Part shown: positions 23,700 through 34,865 of the stretch, piece by piece
Layout: every line of letters begins with the position of its first letter
Position numbering within the stretch: the first letter of the stretch is position 1
From: Basidiobolus meristosporus CBS 931.73
Lineage: Eukaryota; Fungi; Basidiobolomycota
Direction: 5' to 3'
Assembly: GCA_002104905.1 (NCBI GenBank)
Contig: MCFE01000710.1
Coordinates: 1 to 42,928 of the forward strand
Length of the DNA stretch: 42,928 bases
Notes under the pieces: generated by a model
What the model was told of the DNA's origin: nothing
Databases searched by the model: none
The model's input: only the letters and a program-made list of their open reading frames with translations
Translations under genes and position numbers: made by a program

Positions 23700-24336
23700 C
23701 TAGATCTCGTATCCAAGAAGGATATACTTGGGATTCTGCGAGTATACTGAGGGGTGAACCATTTCAAAGCCAGCGTACATAAAGGCTCGGATCAGATTTG
23801 GGGAATCCGGATGTTGCTTCTCTAAACAGACTACCAATTTATCACAATGTAAAAACTCTTCGGCTAGCTCAAGGATGGACATGATAGTCTCCCGGAACTC
23901 GTTCTCCGCCCAGCTTTCGTAAGCAGGGGGTTGGAGGAACATGGTTCCATCCGAGATAAATGCTAGCCATTGGTTCATTGTGTGGTCTTCCAGTTTTCGA
24001 GAAGAAATAGCCAGGACCGCCGAAACGTTCTGAAGCGAACCTTTGGGATGCTTCAAGAGATCAATGACGAAATTTGAAGCACTCACTAGATTGCGGTTCA
24101 ACCCTTCGAAACTCCTTCCACCGCCACCCGCTTCTGCAGTTGAAGGGACGTCAAAAACACCACGTTGCCTTTTTACCCAACGTATAGTAGTAGTTCTCCC
24201 TACGATTCGAAGAAGTGCGGTAGAGAGAACAGAGGGCAAGGCAACTGCTACCGTTTGATTGAAGAGAATCATGAGTATTGCGACTCATGTCTTGCATTGG
24301 TATAGATATTTCGGAACTGAGATTAAGAGCAACCAT
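23700..24336 (-). CDS. OAZ1: Ornithine decarboxylase antizyme, expressed via +1 programmed ribosomal frameshift (ORF1 24336-24154, ORF2 24152-23700)
   Basis: ORF1 ends TGG TGT TTT TGA (W-C-F-stop). The +1 frame continues GAC GTC CCT (DVP) into the antizyme domain: FRETIMSILELAEEFLHCDKLVVCLEK, LIRAFMYAGFEMVHP, YILLGYEI. Confidence 0.95.
24151..24162 (-). other. +1 frameshift site UGG-UGU-UUU-UGA-C
   Basis: Exact match to the antizyme W-C-x-stop shift-site pattern, located at the ORF1/ORF2 junction. Confidence 0.92.
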
Positions 24337-24500
24337 TGAATATGTCGTTCGGTTAAAGCGGAAGCTGAAGAGTGTTTTGAGTTTGGGCAGATAGCGAGTG
24401 GAGGCTTGGAGCAATATGTCTTGAGAGTAGTATGGCTTAGTTGTTAAAGTAACTGATACTACTACTACTACTGTTGGAGAGCTTGGGTTTGGAGGCCTTG

Positions 24501-24560
24501 CTGTAAATAGAGGAAGAAGAGAAAAGAAGAATCACCAAAAACTGGGCCAGCGCGTCTTAC
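24501..24560 (-). other. OAZ1: Putative 60-nt intron in the antizyme 5' leader
   Basis: GTAAGA donor at 24560, a long polypyrimidine tract, and TTTACAG acceptor at 24501. The length matches other introns in the window. Confidence 0.65.
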
Positions 24561-24846
24561 AAAGGGTTGATAATCCTTGCTTGGATTACCAAAAATACGT
24601 GGGTGGGTTGTGAAAACGGTACGAGAAAAAAGCTTCTTAGAACTGACCAAGTAGGTCGGTTTAGTTGTAGTTATTTAACGAAAGTTGAATTGGACGTTGG
24701 TTAAAATGCAGCTGAATTGGTCCTTGGACGAATGAGCTGAGTACTTGCTAGTGAAAAGTGAAACTGCGGAGTCTGCTTAGAGCAATCGAGTAAACCTTGG
24801 ATACTTTAGAAAGGACCTTACAAATCACTGGCTAATGTCGTTTTGT

Positions 24847-24853
24847 CCTTTAT
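24847..24853 (-). promoter_or_regulatory. Candidate TATA box of the antizyme gene
   Basis: TATAAAG on the minus strand at the start of an AUG-free stretch that leads to the ORF1 AUG. Confidence 0.45.
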
Positions 24854-25909
24854 ATCGCGGAATCAACCAGGGGCCACCATTGGGTACCACCCCTTTTTCC
24901 TGGGTTTCTAACCTGCATGTTGCACAGATTTCAGGCGAGGCGATTGATCCCTATCCTATCAACATCCAACGATAGGAGGATAGCCATTGGCCTAGGAAAT
25001 CATCGATTTGTGTTATTGATGAATAATAGTGATTCTACGTTCATATTCTCTCCAAATAAGGAAAATACATAATAAAGATTGTTTAGCGAAGGGCCTACAC
25101 CCCAACAGCTGTGGCGCTGTGGATGGCAAACCAGATTTTCCAATATTATCCGTAGCCAAATTCCCAAAATATCTGGCAAATGGGGTTGTTTCGCTTCTTG
25201 CAAAACTCCCGTTTTGTAAGTACATTATCGATTGTCGCAGCTTTAATCTTACGAATGCTTGGCTGATTTAGCCGATCTTGTCGGACTGCCCGCAATTGGT
25301 CAAATTTTCATTTTCACTTTTGCGGTGGTTGGTGGAGCTGAGTAAGCCTAATCATCTTGGAAAGAATTCCAACAGGCTCGGTTGGATACGATCCTGTGTT
25401 TCTCTGAGACACTGCTTTTAGCCTGTTTCTTCCCAAAGATGAGCAGTCACCCAGCAACCAGACAATTATATAGTGAACATATAACTGTCTCAATAGTAAT
25501 CATATGGTGGAGGAAGCTAACCAAAAATGGCTAACTGAGAATGAGATTTATTTCATGCTATAAACATATTCTAAGCGCACTTGGGAATTTGGTTTCGGCT
25601 TGGCTGCTAGTGAGAAAAAAACTTGCAAATGGCGCATTGTAATTCCTGGACCGTCGTTACGGTGATTGGACAACCTGAAGCAACCGGGATTATGGTTCTG
25701 GGTTATTTCGAGTGAACGCATTATTATTGAGAGACGGGTGATTTATTTTTGTTGAATGCCAAGGTACGAAAGTAATGAGTGAATGCTTTACATATATTTA
25801 CCGGTCACCTTTCGAAGTTCGATGATTAATAAAATGAAGTGAATGTCAGATAGCTAGTGCATGTGCCTCTCATAGCAATGATGTGATTATGATGCGGGAT
25901 TGTGTGGAT

Positions 25910-27484
25910 TTAGGCAGAGGCGGAGGCGGCCTTGGGTTGAGTTTCGACATCAAAGAGAGCCTTGATGTTCTCAGTGCTCAAGGACTTAGGGCGCTCAATG
26001 GGCATACCCAAAGCACGATCCCAAATAAGCTGAGAGAGAACGCCTAGACCACGGGAAACACCGAAGAGGACGGTGTAGAAGTCTTGCTCAACCAAACCGT
26101 AGTGTTGAAGGAGAACACCGGAGTGAGCATCAACGTTGGGCCAGGGGTTCTTGGTCTTGCCGTGCTCAGTGAGGACGCCAGGAACAATCTTGTACAATTG
26201 GCTAACCAACTTGAAGGTAGGGTCATTGGGCAAGTGCTTCAAGGCGAATTCACGTTGGCATGCGTAACGAGGATCGGTCTTACGAAGAACGGCGTGACCA
26301 TATCCGGGAACAACACGTCCAGACTTGAGGGTCTTCCAGACATACTCCTTGATGGTTTCATCAGAGTGGTCGCCAGCGCCAAGCTCCTTGCGCATCTCCA
26401 AAATCCAGCGCAAGACTTCTTGGTTAGCAAGGCCGTGAAGAGGACCAGCCAATCCATTAAGGCCAGAGGCAAAGGAAAGGTAGGGGTCGGAAAGGGCGGA
26501 TCCAACCAAATGGGTAGTGTGTGCACTGACATTACCACCTTCGTGGTCAGTGTGAATGGTAAGATACAAACGCATCAATTCGACGAATTCCTTGTTGTCA
26601 CCCAATCCCAAAACAGTAGCCATGTTGTGGCCATAATCGGCGTTGGGGTTAAGGGCAGGGAGCTTGCCATCCTTGAAGACATTCTGGTAAATACGACCAG
26701 CAATGTTGGGAAGCTTGGCAATCAAGTTCATGGAATCTTCATAGGTGTATTCCCAGTACTTGGACTTGTGGATACCTTGATGGTAGGCCTTGGCGAAGGT
26801 AGATTCGCTTTGGAGGGCGGTAACGGCAAGGGAGAACTGGGTCATAGGATGGACGGTCTTGGGGCAACGGTCCAAAAGGTCCTCGACAAATTCGGGGATT
26901 TGAGCGCGAGAAGCCCACTCAGCAGAGAGCTGGTTGACTTGATCTTGGGTGGGGATCTCACCGGTAACCAAAAGCCAGAAAAGAGCTTCGGGGAGAGGCT
27001 CTTCACCGCCAGGGGCGGCTGGGAGCTTTTGTTGGCATTCAGGAATGGTCATGCCACGGAAACGGATACCCTCCTCGGGATCCAAAACGGAACCCTCCCA
27101 AATAAGGCCCTTGATACCTCTCATACCACCGTAGACCATATCAACGGTAACATTGCCCAAAACCTTGGATCCATGCTCCTTCTTGATTCTTTTGACCTCT
27201 TCCTGTTTCTCGGGGATAAGTTCACTAAGACGATCTCTCAAACCCTATTGTTGTGTTGAAAAAGGTCAATCAATGTAACATGCCAAATTCAGATTAATGA
27301 AATCAATGCTTACAGAGTTGGCGGGAGTCGAGTAAGCACGAACAGCAGTAGCAGCGAACTGGCGGCGAGCAGTAAGCTAGTAGAGATCAAAAGAGAGTCA
27401 GCAATGTTATGCAAAAGCATGTGTACTGGAAAGCGTGGCAACCTTAAGGAAAGATGTGGAAGCAGAAGAGCGGAGGAAAGACAT
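25910..27484 (-). CDS. CIT1: Mitochondrial citrate synthase; short presequence exons plus one long exon
   Basis: [62 protein letters not shown]. The presequence [14 protein letters not shown]|[17 protein letters not shown] is assembled across two introns (first donor choice inferred). TATAAATA at about 27560-27553. Confidence 0.96.
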
Positions 27485-29438
27485 TATGAATCAAGACTTG
27501 GACCCTATGAGAAAGGCGAACTTCGTGATTTCCAACAAGGAACCGCTTCCTCTATTTATACACAAATTCGCAATCAAACAGATTTTTTGATCAGCGAATA
27601 ATACAACAGATTGGAATTTAGTTTATCATTTCGATTTCATTATTACCAAAGCTGGGGTAAACCCTCAATGTTAAGCTACCACATCAGAATATCCCGGACA
27701 GAATAAGGAAACTCCTATGACTGTCCGTTTTGAATAGCATTCTATTGAGTTGTTTGCATGTCAAACCGAACTGACCTGTTCATTGGAACGTGTTGGCAGG
27801 TTCGGGGGTTCATTCATATGGAATAGCGCTTGATGCCTTCTATCGGAAAGCTGGTTGCCGAAATTAGTGAATTGACTTTCTGAGCCAGTGGAGATACATC
27901 ATTTCTGTGTAACGCCAAAATCACTTTATCACCAAGAACCCCAGAGAGGATCCGCTTGGATAGAGGTCAGTGACCTTGCTTCGATGGTACCACATCGATT
28001 AGGTAAATGGAAATGGCCGTAATGCTCCCGCACTTGATTCAATTGCCACTTATCTGATCCAGAGTTGGTTAATTGAAGGATTGCTGGTTAAAGTTGAATA
28101 ATCAGTGTCTTTGGGGATAAATTGTTCAACTGACATGGTGAAGCATGGGGTTCCTCGATTAACCTAAAAACGTACCAACTGCCATGTAGGGAAACCATGA
28201 GGCTGTCAGGTGAGCTATGGTGCGGCTAATCTTGGCAAGTTTATCGGATAATTGGCCTCCAGATAATTGTTGTTACCCACCAGCTTGCAACCCACCCACC
28301 TCTCTGTGTTACTACTTGGTGTTTTCATCACAAGGACGTCATTTTCCGTGCTCTTCATTTCCACCCTCCAACTTGTCTAACAGCTGTCAAATTTTCTCTG
28401 CACAATTTCGCCTGCCGCACTACTTTATTCTCAATGTGGGGTAATGGTTGGTGATTGTCAAATGAAATCCTAGGGCCAATCGGAACAACATGTAGCATTG
28501 TTTGTGTTGGGGATATCGGTGAGCAAGGTATGGGAATCAGAAAAATGGGTTTCGGTTAAATTAGGCGTTTTGTGCGCTGAGTAGGCTTTGTAGTCACATG
28601 ATACCACCAGTGGTTCATTTATCCGGAGGTGTCATGGTTTCCCATTCAAATGCCGAGCTTCTCAGGTGCCAAGTCTTGCTCATACCTTGCCACACGCATT
28701 TGGATATAAGTACGCATGAATTCCACCGAAATCACATCAAGTCGGTACACGCTGCTATATGCCATGCGATTATAATAGATATCATTCAAGGGTAATCATG
28801 CATGCCCAAGTGGGATCAAATTTGATTTATTCAACAGACAGTCGGAATAATGGATATTCCCGCTAAAGTTGGATAAGAATTTGGATGAAATGAAGCGTGG
28901 TAAAGTTCGGAGAGTACCGTAGCTTATTCGCTATCTGAAAAGTAGCGGAGATCCCCGGTTCACTCCGAACATTGGAGGTTCAAGGATAACGAGTTGTAAT
29001 AGTTCTAGATCACAGAGAGCATAGCCGTTTAACGCAGTATAGGCCCAAGTTTTCATCTTCAATGCATCTTATCCGTAGTGATCAGTGTTCATTAATTTGA
29101 CTATATTATGATAACGTAACTTTAATACCAGACATGCTGACCAACCACGTACCGATATATACATATAAGAGCCGTGTATATCCCATAGGTATGCGTGGAT
29201 TGATAATTAAGCAACTCGGATTAGATTGCGAATTGAGTAAATGGGACTTTGCGATCTACCATTGTGAGTAGGGCTGTGAGTAGGGCAATTTGGGACTATG
29301 ATTGTCAGTATTCCTTCATCAAATTCATACCAACACTGTAGCTTAACGATCGCAAAAGAAATCACCGACATTTTATTACAGACAAAAGAAATGTATCGAA
29401 GTATGGCAGGAGCAAATATATAGAATATAGGTGTACAT

Positions 29439-29972
29439 CTAGTGAGGGCCACGACCTCTGGCAATTCCGCCGCGACCGCCTCGTCCTCTAGCTAAAAATT
29501 ATGGGAAGCCGCATTAATATCGTGAATATAGTGAATTCTTAATCTACTATCACTCTACCTTGAGCTCGAGCTACGGTTGCTTTACCACGACCCAATCCTA
29601 TTCCCCTTCCTTTTGACGCACCAGGCCCAGCCTTCTTGAACATTGGCGCGTTTTTAAGCATATCTGGAACAATGAAGTATCTGACGTGCGAGCCGCGGAT
29701 ATATACTTGTTCTAATTGAGAAACACGTCCGTCTCTAGCCGTCACTGTGATCTCCTTTAGTTGACAATTCATGTTGTCTTCCACTATTATGTTGCGCGTA
29801 GAGTAGATTTAGATGAGAGATTAGATCAAACAAAAAGAGACAGTAAGGAAAATGACGAAAGATTCGAACCTTCGAAGAGCTTTCCGCGGTATACATAGCC
29901 TGTCTTTAGCTCTATGGTAATGATATGGCCTTGTGCTTCGTGAAGTAGCTTGATGGGGACACCAATCGACAT
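29439..29972 (-). CDS. SMD3: Small nuclear ribonucleoprotein Sm D3; 3 coding exons
   Basis: [65 protein letters not shown], and an RG-repeat tail ending RGRGPH-stop. Confidence 0.96.
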
Positions 29973-29978
29973 TTTATG

Positions 29979-30054
29979 CTAAGATTAGGCAAGCGAAAAG
30001 AGGTGTTAAAGGAACAATATGATGGTAACTACAGCTCGCGTACATATTCCTTAC
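29979..30054 (-). other. Putative 76-nt intron in the Sm D3 5' UTR, ending 6 nt before the AUG
   Basis: CAG|GTAAGG donor and CTAAT..CTTAG acceptor. Confidence 0.6.
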
Positions 30055-30320
30055 CTGAGTAAGTGATTTTTTTACCAATCTTTTAGTACGAACTCGGGTG
30101 AAAACATTTTTTTATTGAATGGGACTTCGCGGCAACTCAACCTAAATTTAGTCAATCATTGAAGCGTACATAGTGTATATATCATCATTCGCAGGTGATT
30201 TTAACCTGGAGGCTAATCAAGTTGCAATGGAACTTCGCATTAATTATTTCTTTTCTGAATATACGTGTCAACGAGTTGGGTGATCCTCGAGTTTTTATGA
30301 GGCATACTGCTAAATATATC

Positions 30321-30340
30321 AACCAACCAACCAACCAACC
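30321..30340. repeat. (AACC)5 microsatellite in the SmD3/Sec24 divergent intergenic region
   Basis: aaccaaccaaccaaccaacc read directly. Confidence 0.85.
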
Positions 30341-30451
30341 ACATCACTGTTGACTTGTATTTCAGAAGAGTCTCTTTTTCTAACCAGTCTTGGCTAGTAA
30401 TCTTAGCTATAAGATTGTAGTTTCATCTGCTAGAAGACAATTAGCTGTAGT

Positions 30452-33400
30452 ATGAATCCTCAGAATCAACCATACAGCCAGCCTGGGAGCCCACCAATCA
30501 ACAATGGCTATCCACAACAGCGGCCTCTTAATAAACTTCCCAATCCACCAAACTCTGGCATGATGCGCCCACCTAATAGCTTTTCACCCCCTCAAGGATC
30601 ATCTCCACAGCAGGGAATTCGCCCTCAAAGCGGCCAATTCCCACCTGGTGCTAGACCACCCGCTTTAGGAAGCCCAAATCAAATGCCTCCCGGACAGCGT
30701 CCTCCTATGGGTATTCATCGTCCAGCCCCACCCAACCAGCGTCCACTCAATAGCTCTTTGCGTATGTAACCCTTTTCGATGTTGACATCTATTAAGCAAT
30801 TCTTGGTCAAGATCTGATTCCATTCTCGTGCAGCTCCCGGTGGTCCCCGCCCTCAGCAACCTATCCAAAACGCCGGGGGGATGTATCAACAGAGCTCTGT
30901 AGGTCATCCTAACATTCCTTCCAGCGGACAGCCCATGATGGGCGGACGTCCTCCTTTACCTGGCCAACAAGCTGGTGGCTTTATTCCCCAACAGCAACAG
31001 CACGGCTTTCCTCAACAACAGCAAAATAATATACCCCAAGGCCAGGCCAGAGGAAGCTTGCCCAATGATAAGGACGATCTTGTGAGTCGACTATCCAGCC
31101 TGAATTTGCGCCAAAATGCTCCTGAGGTATGTAGAATCGATTCTAGCATTCTATTCTCGACAGGGTTTAACATTTTTCTTCCGAGGATAGGCTGCCAACG
31201 GACAGCATCATATGAGGCCTAAGCGTCCCTACATAGGTCCGGATGGAAGACCTATTGACCCGTCCAGTTACTACAATAACAATGACGCGCAGGGCCCTGT
31301 TGCCCCCAAACAACCCTCATTCTATAGCCCCATGGATCAACAACAAGCGCAGCCAGCGGTGGGTGGTTACACTCCCATGGCACAGCCACCGCCATCACAG
31401 TCACAACCGCAGATGCAACAGCCGATGCACCAGCCAGGTGTCCGCCCACCAGTTTCTAGCCATCCAGGTGTCGGACGTCCTGTCATGGACAATCCTCCGC
31501 GCAATCGCATCGATCCGGACCAGATTCCATCGCATATTGCTGTCCAAGAGCAAAACCAGAAAAACTTTATCGACACTCCTTACATGACTTATTCAAGAAC
31601 TGGTGTTCCCTTAGCCAGTACAAACTTCAAGGCTATCGATGAAGGTAGGCTCTAGGACAGTTTGGACGATCTCTTTGATGGGACACTCATGCGGCTTTTA
31701 GGATGCTGTAACCCAAGATTCATGCGGATGACTATGTACAATATCCCCGCATCGCCTGATCTTTTGAAGAGCTCGCATATGCCGCTTGGCATGATTGTTC
31801 AGCCATTGGCCGAACTGCGACACGATGAGGTTTTTATCGCCAGTCAAATCTCCCCTCTGACACCTGTATTCAACAAGAGCTTTTCTATCGATAGGCGCCT
31901 ATTGATGTGGTTGATTTCGGAGAAGCCGGTCCTATCAGATGTAACCGATGCCAGGGCTATATCAACCCATTTGTCACATTTATTGACGGTGGAAGGAAGT
32001 TTGTCTGCAACCTGTGTCAATTTGCAAATGAGGGTATTTTATGCTTATGAACGCGTTGTAATGCCGTGCGCGTACTCAACGTGATTGAATATCTAGTTCC
32101 GGATTCTTATTTCTCTAACCTGGATATGAATGGACGTCGCCTGGATATCGATATGAGGCCGGAATTGCGATGTGGTACTGTGGAGTTCGTGGCAACCAAG
32201 GTTTGGCCTATAGGTGCTCCGTTTTGAGTGGGTACACTTCTCACATTCATTCGCCAGGAATATTGTATTCGCCCTCCAGTTCCCGCATCTTACATTTTTG
32301 CCATTGATGTCTCTTGGAATGCCGTTCAAAATGGGATGCTTGCCTCCGCCGCTCAAGCCATTCGAGACTCCCTTTACTCTGGAAATGGAATTGCCCAAGG
32401 GATCCGGGTTGGCATCATAACCTACGATCGAAGCGTGCATTTCTACAACCTTTCAGCGAATCTTGAACAAGCTCAGATGATGGTTGTTCCCGATGTAAAC
32501 GATGTGTTTGTGCCACTGAGCGAAGGCTTCCTGATTGATCCGTATCAATCCAAAGCAGTCATAGAGGATCTATTGGAGAACCTTCCCACCATGTTCGGGA
32601 ACAACAGAATTGTCGAGCCCGCTCTTGGCGCCGCCATGCAGTCATCCTACATGGCTTTGAAGGACTTTGGTGGAAAGGTGTTTGTGTTCCATACCTGCCT
32701 GCCGACATTTGGACCAGGATCCTTAAAGAACAGAGATGACGTCAAACTCGCGGGCACAGATAAAGAGAAGACCCTCTTTGCGCCACAGGACGCATTTTAC
32801 AAGGATCTGGGGGCCAGCTTTGTTGAGTCGGGGATTAGCGTTGATATGTTCTCATTTACCAACACTTATGTTGATATTGCCACTATTGGCACGTTATCCG
32901 CGCTGACTGGTGGAGACATTCATCATTATCCCAATTTTGATGCGCAAAAAGATGGCTTCAAGTTCAATCAAGAGCTTCGGCACAATGTTTCCCGACAATA
33001 TGGGTTCAACGGTGTGTTGAGAATTAGATGTTCGAATGGCTTGAGTGTGGACGATCACTTTGGAAATTTCTACATGAGAAATGCCACTGACGTCGAGTTT
33101 GGCGGCATCGATAGCGACAAATCGATTGGAGTGGTCCTCAAACATGATGCCAAGGTGGATGAGAAGCTAGACGCCACTTTCCAATGCGCTCTGTTGTACA
33201 CTACGGCCACAGGCCAGAGAAGAATCCGTCTTCATAACCTGAGTGTTCCTACTACCACCTTAATGGCAAACATGTTCAAATATGCCGAGATGGACGCGAC
33301 CCTTAACCTGATGGTCAAGAGCGCAGTTACCCTAGCGTTGGACACTTCTCTCAAAGCGGTTCGGGATAAACTGACGGAGCAATGCTACCATATCCTTGGT

Positions 33401-34075
33401 GCTTACCGCAAACATTGTGCTTCAGCCACCTCTCCAGGGCAGTTGATCCTACCTGAAGCGTTGAAACTTTTCCCACTCAACACCTTGACGGTGCTCAAGT
33501 CCAGGGCATTAAGAAATGGAGTTGATATTTCCGTTGATTCACGCGTCGTTTGCATGCGTTTACTTAGAAGTATTGGGGTTTCGCAGTCGATAGCCTATTT
33601 CTATCCCCGGTTGTTCCCAATTCACAATCTCACGGAAAACGTCGCTTATGAGGATGAGCAAGGGGTGTTCCACCTCCCGCCCATGATTAGAGACTCCTAT
33701 TCCCGTCTTGAGGCGAATGGCGTTTATTTGCTTGAGAATACTCAGACATTGATGTGTTGGATTGGTAAAGAAGTGTCGCCGGAGTTTCTGCAAAGTTTGT
33801 TTGGCGTGGCCTCACTATCCGGGGTCGATCCCAGGATTCGTGCACTCCCGGTGTTGGACAACCCTATTTCTAAACAGGTCCAAACCCTTGTCCAACATCT
33901 TCAGAAGAATCGGGTAAGATACCCTGTGCTCCAGATTGTACGTCAATCTATGGATCAAGTGGAGCTTGAATTTGCCAACCTTTTGGTCGAGGATAAGAAC
34001 AACGATAATATGTCATATGTGGATTATTTATGCTTTATTCATCGCCAGATTCAGCACGAGTTGAGCACCGATTAA
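30452..34075 (+). CDS. SEC24: COPII cargo adaptor Sec24 (Sec24C/D / Sfb3-like); about 7 exons
   Basis: Pro/Gln-rich N-terminus, RIDPDQIPS, CNPRFMRMTMYNIP, zinc finger GPVRCNRC..KFVCNLC, trunk YIFAIDVS, GQRRIRLHNL, GQLILPEALKL, and a gelsolin-like C-terminus LVEDKNNDNMSYVDYLC. Confidence 0.94.
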
Positions 34076-34495
34076 CCATGCTATCCTCATCCAACTTGAG
34101 TTGAGCACCGTACTATCCCAGATGCTCTCTAATAATGCGCTCCGCTCCAACTATCTGTCAACCTTCTCATCCCAATAAAGCTGCCTCTCTTACCTAACAA
34201 ATGTGGCTATGTTTCCAGAATGAATTGGTGGAACTTTTTACTATTTGCGTTGTAATGAACGCATCATACTACATTCGTCATGTTACACCAACGTATCAAA
34301 TATTCCTTTAATTGGCACCTTAATGTAACTATAATTCGCTGGACTCGCTACTAAAATTAGCTGGGACGAAAAAGGAAATCTCTTGGGTATTACGTTTTTT
34401 CGGGCTGAACTTGGCATAAGTGAATGGTTGGAATATAAGTACACGTAGAGGCGTAGAGGGGATGTGAGATTGCTCCGTAAATTAACTTCTCTATA

Positions 34496-34672
34496 ATGGC
34501 CCTTACCTGTACCGACATCTTCAAATTCTTCTTTGCCGTGGTTTTCCCGCCTCTTGGTGTACTACTTGAACGTGGCCCATGCCATTGTGACCTACTGATC
34601 AATATAGCTTTAACACTCCTGGGCTATATTCCCGGAATCATCCATGCTTTCTATATTATATTGAAATATTAG
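34496..34672 (+). CDS. PMP3: Plasma membrane proteolipid 3 (PMP3/UPF0057), 58 aa, not in the ORF track
   Basis: Manual translation MALTCTDIFKFFFAVVFPPLGVLLERGPCHCDLLINIALTLLGYIPGIIHAFYIILKY* shows the family motifs FPPLGV and LTLLGYIPGIIHA. Confidence 0.93.
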   Translation: MALTCTDIFKFFFAVVFPPLGVLLERGPCHCDLLINIALTLLGYIPGIIHAFYIILKY

Positions 34673-34865
34673 CTCCGGCCGCATCATTCTGTTCATAAAG
34701 TGTACGATTACTCTACTAATCCGATAACCCCGTATCTAAAAGCGGGAAAATAAACTTCTTCGTAACCAATTTGAGTAAGGAAATAGCAGTTGGTTTTATT
34801 AAAGGTTTCCGAGTTAATGTGTGTATATAGGTAGTGATATATTGTGAATTTTACATGGCAAACAA

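Noticed and set aside
26084-27259. 391-aa + strand ORF antisense to citrate synthase (similarly 21553-22491 antisense to the ABC transporter and 5564-6154 antisense to the cyclin)
   Set aside because: Typical antisense open frames caused by strong codon bias in the sense gene; no recognisable domains.
28210-28790. Short coding-looking minus-strand stretches (MAYSSVYRLDVISVEFMRTYIQMRVAR.., PLPHIENKVVRQAKLCRE..)
   Set aside because: No consistent spliced model could be built, as plausible acceptors lead to stops. It could be a degraded gene and would need tBLASTx.
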